From NCBI GenBank assembly GCA_965204745.1, contig OZ242010.1, forward strand, positions 4,800,001-4,864,000: a stretch of DNA of 64,000 nucleotides. The letters run 5' to 3'. Position 1 is the stretch's first letter; each line of letters starts with the position of its first letter. The position numbers were made by a program, and so were the translations under genes. The DNA comes from Candidatus Latescibacterota bacterium (GTDB taxonomy: Bacteria; Latescibacterota; UBA2968). The notes below the pieces were generated by a model, which searched no databases, was not told where the DNA came from, and saw only the letters and a program-made list of their open reading frames with translations. Positions 46,671 to 56,360 of the stretch are shown piece after piece.

Positions 46671-49600
46671 TTAGCCTGATGAGCCAAAGCTGGCGGTGAA
46701 GATGAGAAAATCGGCGAATCCAATCTCGCCATCGCCATTGAGATCGTACAGAGCGTCATATCGCTCCTGACCTCGTCTTGAACCGAACTTGCTTGCAAAG
46801 GTCAAGAAGTCGGCGAAATTCACAACCCCATCGCCATCAAAGTCGGACGAGGGCGGTTGTATGTCAATCGTGAAGGTCAGCGAGTCCAGGTCGCCATCGA
46901 CGTCTAACGCACTCAGCGTGTAGGTCGTTTTTGCCATCTCCTCGAGCGGCGTGCCGGAAATGGTACGGGTATCTAAGTCGAACGATAGGCCATCCGGCAA
47001 GAACGGCAACAGGATATAGACCAACATGCCATCGCCATTGGTCGCCGCCGGCAACGTCAGGGGGGCGATCTCGCGATGTTTTGCATAGACTTGTGCGGTG
47101 ACAGTCGTATCGCCGAAGGTCGGTATCAGATTGGGGACTTCAAGGGTGAACATCAGAGGCACTTCATCGCCATTACTGTCTGTTGCGGTCAACGTATAGG
47201 TCATCTCGTCCATTGCCTTGATCGGCGTGCCAGACACAGTGAGCGTCTCGGCGTCAAAGGTCAACCCCTCGGGCAGATCCGGCGTCAGCGCGTAGGTCAA
47301 GGAACCATCCCCGCCGGTCGCTTGCGGCAACGTCAGGGGGTCGATTTCGCGATGTTTTACATAGACTTGTGCGGTGACAGTTGTATCGCCGAAGGTCGGT
47401 ATCAGACCGGGCATCACCTCGATGGTGAACGTCAGGGTGTCCTCATCGCCATCGCTATCTGTTGCGGTCAGCGTGTAGCCCATTTCTTCTATCGCCTCGG
47501 TCGGCGTGCCAGACACAGTGAGCGTCTCGGCGTCAAAGGTCAACCCCTCGGGCAGATCCGGCGTCAGCGCGTAGGTCAAGGAACCATCCCCGCCGGTCGC
47601 TTGCGGCAACGTCACCACCTCGATCTCCTGCTTTCGCATATAGGCCAAGTGAGCCACACTTGCATCGCCAAAAGAGGGCATCAGATTCGCGTTGACCGTG
47701 AGGAAGAAACTCAGACTCGCCTCATCGTCATCTTCATCTGTTGCGGTCAGCGTGTAGATCGTTTTTTCTATTGTCTCGGTCGGCGTGCCAGACACAGTGA
47801 GCGTCTCGGCGTCGAAGGTCAATCCCTCGGGCAGACCCGTCAGGCTATAGGTCACTGTCCCATTCCCACCCGTTGCACTAGGCAAGGTCAGTGGTGCAAT
47901 CTCGTGGTCTTGTCGATAGCTTTGGGGATCAACTGCCTCTGTGAATGTCGGCTCCGTATCTGGGTCGGGTTGCTCGGGTTGCTCGGGTTGCTCGGGTGAT
48001 TCGGGTGATTCGGGTGATTCGGGTGATTCGGGTGATTCGGGTGATTCGGGTGATTCGGGTGATTCGGGCCTGGGGGGGGCCTCGGTAGGTGTGCCGGTCA
48101 CCTCTCGGGAGGGCGTTCCATCACCGCTATTTGTTGTAGCGATTACCCGAACCGTGTAGGGCGTCCCGTTGGTCAGGTTTGGAATCGTATAGCTCGTGCC
48201 GGCGCTGACTGTGGTCTGACGGGTGTTGGAGTCGTAGCTTTCAGTGCCCGACTTCCACTGCACTTTGTACCCACTCGCACCAGACAGCACAGTCCAGGAC
48301 ACCGTCAAACTTGCAGGGCCTGGCGTCACCTCTACCCCTTGAACTTGACTACTCGGTGTGCCGATTACCTCTTGTGAGGGCGATCCATCAGCGGTATTTG
48401 TAATTATGGCGATTACCCGAACCGTGTAGGGCGTCCCGTTGGTCAGGTTTGGAATCGTATAGCTCGTGCCGGTGCCGACTGTGGCCTGACGAAGGCTGGT
48501 GTCGTAGCTTTCAGTGCCCGACTTCCACTGCACTTTGTACCCACTCGCATCGGAATGTGTGTCCCATGACACTCTCAGCTCGGAAGCCCTTGGCGCCACC
48601 ACTACATTCCGAACCCTAAACCTCCAAAGTTGAGCGTTGAATTGTGCGTTTATTTCCTCCTGGGTTCTGCTATAACGCAACACGGGATACTGCTTATTAG
48701 AACCAAAACTCCACGGATTGTCGTTGCCCGTCGTACCGTCCAAATTCATATTCCAAGTGCTGTAGATGCCGGTGTAAGTCGTTGGTGTAGTCAACTCCGT
48801 GGTGGTCTTGCCCTCCGGCGCATCGTTATCGGCATCGTCGGGCATCGAGCTGAAATCCGTGTCCCAATAGGAATGGTTTACGGTTCCGTATTGATCCCCG
48901 ATGAGGCCACCAACACGTTTACCAGAATATACCAACAGGCCACCTGATTCGACGGTGTCTTGACCAGAAACGATAAGTGCATCATATCCCACCTTCCGGT
49001 TGTGTTGGACGGTGAATGTGTCGCTTGGGACAGCGACTAAACCAGTCGCATAAGAAGCGGTGACCGTGCCCCCATCATTCAGCCCTATTAGGCCACCGAC
49101 ATCGTTACCGATACCGTAGACTAAACCGGTGGCATAAGAAGCGATGACGGAACCACTCCCCTCCCCATAGAACCCCTCATTGGCCCCTATTAGGCCACCG
49201 ACATAGTCGCCGACAGATTGGATGTTACCGGTGGCATAAGAAGCGATGACTGCGCCATTTGACATCTGCCCGACCAAGCCGCCGGTAAAACTGCCCGTGC
49301 CCGTCGTAGCGGGGTTGGACATTGTGATATTGTTGGTTGCATAGCAAGCGGTTAACGTATCTTCTCCCACCGCTCTTCCAACTAAGCCGCCAATATAATT
49401 CGTCTCGAAGTCACCTATGACAAGGCCTCCTGCATGAGAATTGGTGATCTTGCCTTGATCGCTATACCCGATTAAGCCTCCGACACCGGAACCCCCATTT
49501 CCAAGTATTTCAGTTCCTTTGATTTCACCAGTCGCATAAGAATCGGTGACCGTGCCCCCATCATTTTGTCCTATCAGGCCGCCAATATTTTGGAAACCAT

Positions 49601-52600
49601 TGACGAGGTGTAATCCACTTTCGCGGGAGCCAGTTGCAGAGCAAGCCGTGACCGCGCCCCGGTTGTACCCGATGAGGCTACCCACATTTGAACGACCGAT
49701 GATTCTGGCCATGGTCAAATTCACAGAGTCGATGCGTGCCTCTGAACGGGTTTTGCCGAACAACCCAACCTCAGATTCCCTGGGGCGATTGATAAACAAG
49801 TAGGAGATCGTGCGGTTGTTGCCCTCAAAAGTAGCTGCAAAGTCTGGGATGGGTACCCAGCCATCTCCATCATTATATGTGTCGAAGATTCTGAAGAGTA
49901 AATTATCTCGTAAATCAGCCTCCAAGAAAAAAAAGCCATATGTTTCAATATCCAAAATGTCTATTGCCTGTTCGGAGCCCAGGCTAAATTGGTTGGGGAA
50001 TACCCGGCGATAGAAAGCTGCTTGTGTACGAACCAAGTCATACAAGGGAAGGTCTATGAAGGATTTCTGGGCGTCTAAATCGGAGATCCACCCATCGCCG
50101 CTCCGGTCAAAACTCAGATCGGCAGCCAGTTCATAGCCCTTGCAACCGGTGGCGGGACAACCCATCTTGGGCACCGAATAGGGGAAGGCAAGAAAGTAAG
50201 CATCGTTGTGGGTTACTGTTTTGCCCGAAGCCCACTCCGATAGCCTTAAAGGAGCGAGGTCTATTAGGCCGTCGCCATCGCCATCGAGACGCATAACACT
50301 CAATTGCGCCACATCTTTAATCTCGATGAGGCCGTCGTCATCGGTGTCGTAGTCAATGGGTTGAACAAAAAACTGCCTGGTGGTGAGCAAGCCCCCAAAT
50401 TGCAAAACGGGATACTGGTCAGTCGTGCCGAAATTCCACGGATCGTCATCGTTGGTGCCCGAAGCATCGAGGGTCAGGTTGTCCCAGTCGCTGTAGATGC
50501 CGGTCGCAGTCGTCACGTTTCGCAGTTGTGCGATGGTCCGTCCAGTGCCGCCGGCACTGGAGGCCCGACCGCTGGTTTCCGTATCCCAATAGGACGCGGT
50601 GACCGTGCCCGAATTGCTCCCGATCAGACCGCCAATTTCGGTAGGGTTGCCAACAATATTGACTAAAGTACCGAGAGCGCCGGAGCCGCTACGGACAGGG
50701 TGGCCGCCGCTGGGTTGGTTGCCGCCGCCGGGGACTATCTTGAAAAAAGAGAAGAAATTGATTGAATAGGACGCGGTGACCGTGCCCGAATTGCTCCCGA
50801 TCAGACCGCCAATTTTGCTACTTGCTGTGCTACTTGATGTGCCAGAGTCTATAATTCTGACAACGCCCCCGTAGCCACCCGAGTAGGACGCGGTGACCGT
50901 GCCCGAATTGCTCCCGATCAGACCGCCAATGCCTTCAGAGTTACGACCCACAACACTAGTGCGCGCATAGGAAACGGCGACTGTGTCCGCATTGTTCCCG
51001 ATCAGACCGCCAACGGCGTCGCCGTTGGCCTCGATACTACCGCTCACACTACAAGCGGATATCGTGCCATTGTTGCTCCCGACCAGACCACCGACATTGT
51101 TCCGGCCTTTAACTCTAGCGGTCAGGTTCAAAGAATCGATGCGTGCAGTGTTGCCGACAGCACCGAACAAACCGACATTGTCGGTCTTCCCGCGGTCGAT
51201 AAACAAGGCAAAAATATAATTGTTGTTGCCGTTGAAAATGGCAGTGAAGCTGTCGGTACCCGTACCGATGGGTTCCCAGCCAGCACCGCCGTTCCAGTAA
51301 TCGCTGTCTGCACTGGTGATTCTGTTATCGCTGTCCTCGTCAAAGTTCAAACTTACCAAGTGGGCAGCTTCTTCTTCCGTGTACGTTCCCATTTGGGAGG
51401 GAGGAGAGGGCCGAGGACGGGATCCCAACTCGTAGCCCGTGCAACCGGTGGCGGGACAACCCATGCTGCCCGAGCCCGCGTAGGGAAAGGCTTCTCTGTA
51501 CTTCATGGTATCGCTATCCGCCACTGTGCCATCGCCATTCAAATCCCAACGGATGGCATTCAACTGCGCCAGAGATTTAATCTCGATAAGACCGTCGTCA
51601 TCGGCATCGTAGTCGCTACGATTTTCGGCAGAGACCGTATAGGTCAGCGTGGTCGTTCCCGTAGCGGGGGTCACCGCGATGCTGATGCTGACTGGCGGTG
51701 AGGACACGTCGACTTGGTGACCGGCGGCCGCGTCGGCATCGGCCGGCAGGATGGCGACAGAGGCCCCCGAGTTGCTGGGGGTCGCGGCCACGGTGATCTC
51801 CGTCGTGCCTGGTGCTATCCCAAAGTCGTAGGAGGTTCGGGTGAATGAGAATGTAGGAATCAGGACGCCGGGCGAGAGGGTCAGCGCGCTGAGGGTCGGA
51901 TCGGTAGACGACGTCTGCGCCACCGCGACGACAGTATAAGTCAGCGTGGGCGTTCCCGCAGAGGGGGTCACCGCGATGCTGATGGTGTCTGGCGGAGAGG
52001 ACACGTCGACTTGGTAACCGGCGGCCATCGGGTCGGCATCGGCCGGCGTGATGGCTGAAGAGGACATAAAGCTGCTGGCCCAGCTCAGGCGGATCTCCGT
52101 CGCGCCGGGTTCTATGACAAATTCGTAGGAGGTTTGGGAGAATGAGAATGAAGGAAGCAGGAAGCCGGGCGAGAGGGTCAGCGCGCTGAGGGTCGGATCG
52201 GTAGACGGAGACGACCTCTGCGCCACCACGCCGACAGTATAAGTCAGCGTGGTCGTTCCCGTAGCGGGGGTCACCACGACGCTGATGCTGACTGGCAGGG
52301 AGGACACGTCGACTTGGTGACCGTCGGCCATCGCGTCGGCATCGGCCGGCGTGATGGCGACAGTGGCCCCCGAGTTGTTGGGGGTCGCGGCCACGGTGAT
52401 CTCCGTCGCGTCGGGTGCTACTATAAATTCATAGGAGGTTTGGGTGGATGCGAATGTAGGAAGCAGGATGCCGGACGAGAGGGTCAGCGCGCTGAGGGTC
52501 GTATCGGTAGGAGAAGGCGTCATCTGCGCCGTAGCAGGGGCGACCAGCAAGGGCATAAGCAACACGGCGATCCATGTTGGAAGGGACAGCAAACGGGGAT

Positions 52601-52613
52601 AATGGGAGGTCAT
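46671..52613 (-). CDS. Giant secreted surface protein (3 cadherin-like beta-sandwiches, 2 GLUG-rich modules, 2 Fn3, PES linker, 4 He_PIG, dockerin-like C-terminus), ~1980 aa
   Basis: Signal peptide after ATG 52613 (GGGAGG SD); repeats TLSALTLS, GGLIG.N.GTV.ASY, SGYKVQWKSG and LPEGLTFD. Upstream in-frame ATG 52799 also has an SD. Confidence 0.9.
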   Translation of the reverse strand: MTSHYPRLLSLPTWIAVLLMPLLVAPATAQMTPSPTDTTLSALTLSSGILLPTFASTQTSYEFIVAPDATEITVAATPNNSGATVAITPADADAMADGHQVDVSSLPVSISVVVTPATGTTTLTYTVGVVAQRSSPSTDPTLSALTLSPGFLLPSFSFSQTSYEFVIEPGATEIRLSWASSFMSSSAITPADADPMAAGYQVDVSSPPDTISIAVTPSAGTPTLTYTVVAVAQTSSTDPTLSALTLSPGVLIPTFSFTRTSYDFGIAPGTTEITVAATPSNSGASVAILPADADAAAGHQVDVSSPPVSISIAVTPATGTTTLTYTVSAENRSDYDADDDGLIEIKSLAQLNAIRWDLNGDGTVADSDTMKYREAFPYAGSGSMGCPATGCTGYELGSRPRPSPPSQMGTYTEEEAAHLVSLNFDEDSDNRITSADSDYWNGGAGWEPIGTGTDSFTAIFNGNNNYIFALFIDRGKTDNVGLFGAVGNTARIDSLNLTARVKGRNNVGGLVGSNNGTISACSVSGSIEANGDAVGGLIGNNADTVAVSYARTSVVGRNSEGIGGLIGSNSGTVTASYSGGYGGVVRIIDSGTSSSTASSKIGGLIGSNSGTVTASYSINFFSFFKIVPGGGNQPSGGHPVRSGSGALGTLVNIVGNPTEIGGLIGSNSGTVTASYWDTETSGRASSAGGTGRTIAQLRNVTTATGIYSDWDNLTLDASGTNDDDPWNFGTTDQYPVLQFGGLLTTRQFFVQPIDYDTDDDGLIEIKDVAQLSVMRLDGDGDGLIDLAPLRLSEWASGKTVTHNDAYFLAFPYSVPKMGCPATGCKGYELAADLSFDRSGDGWISDLDAQKSFIDLPLYDLVRTQAAFYRRVFPNQFSLGSEQAIDILDIETYGFFFLEADLRDNLLFRIFDTYNDGDGWVPIPDFAATFEGNNRTISYLFINRPRESEVGLFGKTRSEARIDSVNLTMARIIGRSNVGSLIGYNRGAVTACSATGSRESGLHLVNGFQNIGGLIGQNDGGTVTDSYATGEIKGTEILGNGGSGVGGLIGYSDQGKITNSHAGGLVIGDFETNYIGGLVGRAVGEDTLTACYATNNITMSNPATTGTGSFTGGLVGQMSNGAVIASYATGNIQSVGDYVGGLIGANEGFYGEGSGSVIASYATGLVYGIGNDVGGLIGLNDGGTVTASYATGLVAVPSDTFTVQHNRKVGYDALIVSGQDTVESGGLLVYSGKRVGGLIGDQYGTVNHSYWDTDFSSMPDDADNDAPEGKTTTELTTPTTYTGIYSTWNMNLDGTTGNDNPWSFGSNKQYPVLRYSRTQEEINAQFNAQLWRFRVRNVVVAPRASELRVSWDTHSDASGYKVQWKSGTESYDTSLRQATVGTGTSYTIPNLTNGTPYTVRVIAIITNTADGSPSQEVIGTPSSQVQGVEVTPGPASLTVSWTVLSGASGYKVQWKSGTESYDSNTRQTTVSAGTSYTIPNLTNGTPYTVRVIATTNSGDGTPSREVTGTPTEAPPRPESPESPESPESPESPESPESPESPEQPEQPEQPDPDTEPTFTEAVDPQSYRQDHEIAPLTLPSATGGNGTVTYSLTGLPEGLTFDAETLTVSGTPTETIEKTIYTLTATDEDDDEASLSFFLTVNANLMPSFGDASVAHLAYMRKQEIEVVTLPQATGGDGSLTYALTPDLPEGLTFDAETLTVSGTPTEAIEEMGYTLTATDSDGDEDTLTFTIEVMPGLIPTFGDTTVTAQVYVKHREIDPLTLPQATGGDGSLTYALTPDLPEGLTFDAETLTVSGTPIKAMDEMTYTLTATDSNGDEVPLMFTLEVPNLIPTFGDTTVTAQVYAKHREIAPLTLPAATNGDGMLVYILLPFLPDGLSFDLDTRTISGTPLEEMAKTTYTLSALDVDGDLDSLTFTIDIQPPSSDFDGDGVVNFADFLTFASKFGSRRGQERYDALYDLNGDGEIGFADFLIFTASFGSSG
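47965..48068. repeat. 9-bp coding tandem repeat (PES)x8 (PEQ)x3
   Basis: TCGGGTTGC x3 followed by TCGGGTGAT x8 on the plus strand. Confidence 0.95.
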
Positions 52614-52631
52614 TTTGGCCTCCCCATGGTA

Positions 52632-52650
52632 GGGGGGGGGGGGGGGGGGG
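52632..52650. repeat. G19 homopolymer (C19 on the coding strand)
   Basis: Directly visible, 18 nt upstream of ATG 52613. Confidence 0.95.
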
Positions 52651-52864
52651 TACACTGTACTGATCAGCCTAACAGACTGTTTCGCAATAAAATAGAAGCA
52701 CGCCTGAAAACGAGAATGGGAGACCTGAACTCCCGTTTTCGCAGGAGAACAGGAGCTTCCAAACAGGTTCGAACAACTTCGAAAAACAGCAGTCAACATG
52801 TGACACCTCCCGAAAATGAGCTGAGTTGTACAGGCCGGTGTTTTTACCGGCGCGATCAAACCTA

Positions 52865-52893
52865 ATCATAAAACCTTATGCAATGTTTGTCAA
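52865..52893 (-). promoter_or_regulatory. Sigma70 promoter of the giant surface protein gene
   Basis: TTGACA-17 nt-TATGAT. Confidence 0.75.
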
Positions 52894-52896
52894 TCA

Positions 52897-53991
52897 TTAT
52901 CTTAACTCATATCGCCATTTTTCCAGCGGGTGCGCGCGATCGGGCAACGGGAACACAGCGCGTTGTCCGGAAATTTGGGATGCGTACGCGCCGTGAATCA
53001 TCTCGAGTGCCCAACGCGCATCTCGCGCACTGGAAATGGGTGCGCGGTCTCGTTCTATGGCGTCGATGAGATCGATGAGGGCGCGATAATTGCCCGTGTC
53101 CTGCAAGTGATCATCCAACAGCCCGAGCGCGTGCCACGCATGCCCGCCATCCCACGGCGCCCACAAGCCATCCTCGTAAATCGAAATCGCATCTGCGCCG
53201 CCGCTGAGGGCAATCCGCCCGGCTTCGCCGACCAGCACCAAGCCATAGCCCTGCCCATTGCCCGCCTGATCTGCCCGCGACACAAAGGACGCATCCACGC
53301 CATTGCCAAACGCAAACAGGCTGACGACGCCATCGCCCGCAATCGGGCCAATCGGCTCTGTGGCCTCGCGCACATCATCCGGGGCCATCTCGCGGTCTCC
53401 CACGGTCACGCGCGCGCTCATCCACACGGGGTCGCCGGCAAAAAAGCGCATCATGTTAAACAAGTGCGTGCCCAACACCATCATGTCTTCGCCGCCGCCC
53501 CGGTGATCCTGTTTGCCGTAGCCGTGCATGGACACCAGTTTGCCAATCCGGTTTTCGCGCAACAAATCGCGCACCTGATGCACCTGTCTGAGGTACACTC
53601 CTTGATGCGCCACGGCGATCTTGCAACCGCGCTGTTCTGCGGCGGTCACAATGCGATCCGCAGACGCCAAGTCCATTGCAAGCGGTTTTTCCGCATAGAT
53701 GTGGCAACCGGCTTCGATGCACGCGAGCAACATGGCTTCGTGACAATCGACCCACCGCGGACAAACGCTGACGATATCGAGCGACTCGTTTGCCAGCATG
53801 TCTCGATAATCCGCATAACCCCGCTGTGCCCCCGCATCTGCCATGGCCTTGGCGCGCCCGGCCGCATCCGGATCGGCCACGGCGATCATATCCACGCAAT
53901 CAATTCTTTGATAGGGCAAATGCAGTCCATGCCCAAAATTGCCCTGCCCGGTCCGCCCAATCGCCCCTGCGCGATAGCGTTTTGTCGTCAT
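52897..53991 (-). CDS. Gfo/Idh/MocA oxidoreductase
   Basis: AEKP and GGGEDMMVLGTH. Confidence 0.88.
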   Translation of the reverse strand: MTTKRYRAGAIGRTGQGNFGHGLHLPYQRIDCVDMIAVADPDAAGRAKAMADAGAQRGYADYRDMLANESLDIVSVCPRWVDCHEAMLLACIEAGCHIYAEKPLAMDLASADRIVTAAEQRGCKIAVAHQGVYLRQVHQVRDLLRENRIGKLVSMHGYGKQDHRGGGEDMMVLGTHLFNMMRFFAGDPVWMSARVTVGDREMAPDDVREATEPIGPIAGDGVVSLFAFGNGVDASFVSRADQAGNGQGYGLVLVGEAGRIALSGGADAISIYEDGLWAPWDGGHAWHALGLLDDHLQDTGNYRALIDLIDAIERDRAPISSARDARWALEMIHGAYASQISGQRAVFPLPDRAHPLEKWRYELR

Positions 53992-54030
53992 GATTCCTCC
54001 TTTTGTACCCCGCTCATGTCGGCTATCCGA

Positions 54031-54366
54031 CAATGCGAATTAAGAGTAGAAAGCGAGTAGGAAGCAAGCCGAGACCAATCGCCCAAAGACATGGACGAGT
54101 CATCCGGCGCCTCTCCGCAACGATAGATGTTCTTCCCCTTCCTCGTAGGACCTATCCCCCCGGCCCCCTTTCCTACAAGGAAAGGGGGAGCGCATGGCTT
54201 TTTGAAGGTTTGTCTCCCTAGCTGTTCTGATGGCTTTGAGCGAATAGATCACGCCCTGGAAACCCAAACCCCTCGCACAACCTCTCACCATTCCCCCCTT
54301 CCTCGCAGGAAGGGGCCCCCAGAGGGGTAGGTCCCAATAAATGGATTCAACGCTTTATTCGCATCG
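54031..54366. mobile_element. MITE-like element bounded by IS-type inverted ends and containing a ~190-bp palindromic repeat
   Basis: Left CAATGCGAATTAAGAGT and right ACGCTTTATTCGCATCG (14/17 inverted match). Internal 54148-54335 resembles 56361-56551. Confidence 0.65.
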
Positions 54367-54382
54367 ACAACCGCGCTTCACA

Positions 54383-55423
54383 CTACGGCAAAAATACGAC
54401 GCCCAGCGCGGCATTGGGGTTTTGGATCAGAGCCTCGCACGCCTCGGGCGCGTCTTCGAGCGCGACGCGGTGCGTGATGAGGGGCGACACTTGCATGTGC
54501 CCTGCCCCCATGAAGCGCAGGCACTCCTCCAGGTTGCGGCGCGTCGTCCACTGCATAAAAACCGGCGGATAATCCGCGCCGTGTTCCCATGCCTCGTCGT
54601 GATAGCCCGGCCCTGTGCGTGCCGCACTTCGCACGTCCAAATTGCCCAGCGCGGCGGCAAACCCGTGTTCGATTCGGGCGCCGCCCACAATGACGATGCG
54701 CCCCATCAAGTGCGTGTCTGGGGCTTTCTTCATCATCTCGCTCAATGTGACAAAGGCCGGCGTGCCATCGCCGCCAAACGCGATCACCCCGCCATCGATG
54801 CCATAGCCGCGCGTGAATGCCCGCGACACAGGCACCGGGTCGTCCTCTGCGATATCGATCCCGCAGTGCAAGCCGCACGCCCCTGCGACCTCCAACCGCA
54901 TGGGCAGTCGATCCAGCCCCATCACATGGCAACCCGACAAGCGCGCCCACTGGCAGGTAAATTGTCCCACGAGCCCGAGGCCCGCCACGGCGATGTGTTC
55001 GCCCAAATGAAATTCACCGCGCCGCACGGCGTTCAAAGCCGTCGCGACCAGATGGATAGACGCGGCATCCTCGTCGCTGACGCCATCCGGAATCGGCACC
55101 GCCATATTGCGCGGCACACAGGCGTGCGTGGCGTGTTGGGCATAGCCACCGCCCATACAGGCCACGCGCGTGCCGATGGGAATGTCCTCGCACCCCGCGC
55201 CTTGGGCGATCACCACGCCGGCATTGGAATACCCAAAGGGCCGGGGCGCCGCATCAGATGGATTCTCGCGCCTTCGCCCAACCCCGCCCAGTTCCGTGCC
55301 CGGGCTGACCATACTCGCCCGGACCTCGATTTGCACTTGCCCGGGTTTGGGGGCCGCCATCGGTTCTTCGATCACCGAGATATTGCCCCGTCCATCTATC
55401 GCTGCCACTTTTCGCATTGCCAT
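54383..55423 (-). CDS. MDR-family (zinc-binding alcohol dehydrogenase-like) oxidoreductase
   Basis: SPGTE, GYSNAGVV and GLGLVGQ. Confidence 0.85.
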   Translation of the reverse strand: MAMRKVAAIDGRGNISVIEEPMAAPKPGQVQIEVRASMVSPGTELGGVGRRRENPSDAAPRPFGYSNAGVVIAQGAGCEDIPIGTRVACMGGGYAQHATHACVPRNMAVPIPDGVSDEDAASIHLVATALNAVRRGEFHLGEHIAVAGLGLVGQFTCQWARLSGCHVMGLDRLPMRLEVAGACGLHCGIDIAEDDPVPVSRAFTRGYGIDGGVIAFGGDGTPAFVTLSEMMKKAPDTHLMGRIVIVGGARIEHGFAAALGNLDVRSAARTGPGYHDEAWEHGADYPPVFMQWTTRRNLEECLRFMGAGHMQVSPLITHRVALEDAPEACEALIQNPNAALGVVFLP

Positions 55424-55430
55424 AGTGTCC

Positions 55431-56221
55431 TCACAGTGCCACAATTTGCTTCATGCGCTTTGCCATCTCGATCTGCACGTCACGCCCGCCCCCTACCTCG
55501 TGAATCGCGTACCGGTCATAGCCGATAGCGCGCAGGCCCTTTATCACCTCGGCCCAATCCGTATCGCCCTCCATCAGCGGCACAAAATCGCGTTTTCGGC
55601 GAACAAAATCCTTAAAATGCACGCGCTTAATCCGCTGTTCAGCCCGCGAATCCAGTGTTCGGGATAGCCGTAAAACATCATGTTGGCCGTGTCGAGATAA
55701 ATCCCGACCCAATCACTGCCCACGGCATCGACAAACTCGCGGGCTTCTCGCGGGTTGAGCAAAAACTTGTTCCACACGTTCTCGATGCCCACCGCGACGC
55801 CCTTTTCCTCGGCATAGGGCGCGACCACTTTCATCGCGGTCAAAAAATCGTCCCATGCCTCTTCGTACGTCCCCTCGACCGGAAGTTGGCCCGGATGTAG
55901 CAAAACCGCATCGGTCTCGACCAAGTGGGCCACCTCAATGGCGCGGCGCAAACTCTTCATCCCCGCGTCTCGGTCTGCCTCGTCCCGGCTGAGAAAATTC
56001 CCCCGGTTGTCGTACCGCGCCAACGCGCTGCTGATTTCGATGCCCGCGTCATCGCACTGCTTTTTGACCCCGCGCACCTCGTCGTCGCTCATCTCCACAT
56101 TGGGATCGCCCTCTGGCGAAAAGACCAACTCCACCGCTTCGTACCCCGCGTCCCGGCACAGGGCGAGGGTCTCGTCCAGCGTGAGCTCGCCCAAGATAAT
56201 CTGCGTCACTCCAATTTTCAT
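55431..56221 (-). pseudogene. Sugar phosphate isomerase/epimerase with a 1-bp frameshift near 55635
   Basis: IENVWNKFL and YLDTAN lie in one frame; RIKRVHFKDF...EGDTDW...GYD lies in another. Could be a sequencing error. Confidence 0.8.
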
Positions 56222-56360
56222 GCCTGCCTCCTCGTTCATTTTGCCTGCCAGCAAAAATAACCCGCTGTCCAAAAAATGCAAGCCCTTGTTCATCGCGCTT
56301 GACAAGGTGCTCCTTTTTTCGTTATCTCACTGACGTTACACAGGTGATACTAGGTTGTGC

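Noticed and set aside
46671-52613. Diversity-generating retroelement target
   Set aside because: No reverse transcriptase and no adenine-specific TR/VR pair seen; the repeats are ordinary domain duplications.
55600-55660. Programmed frameshift in the epimerase
   Set aside because: No slippery sequence at the break; a simple 1-bp loss or sequencing error is more likely.
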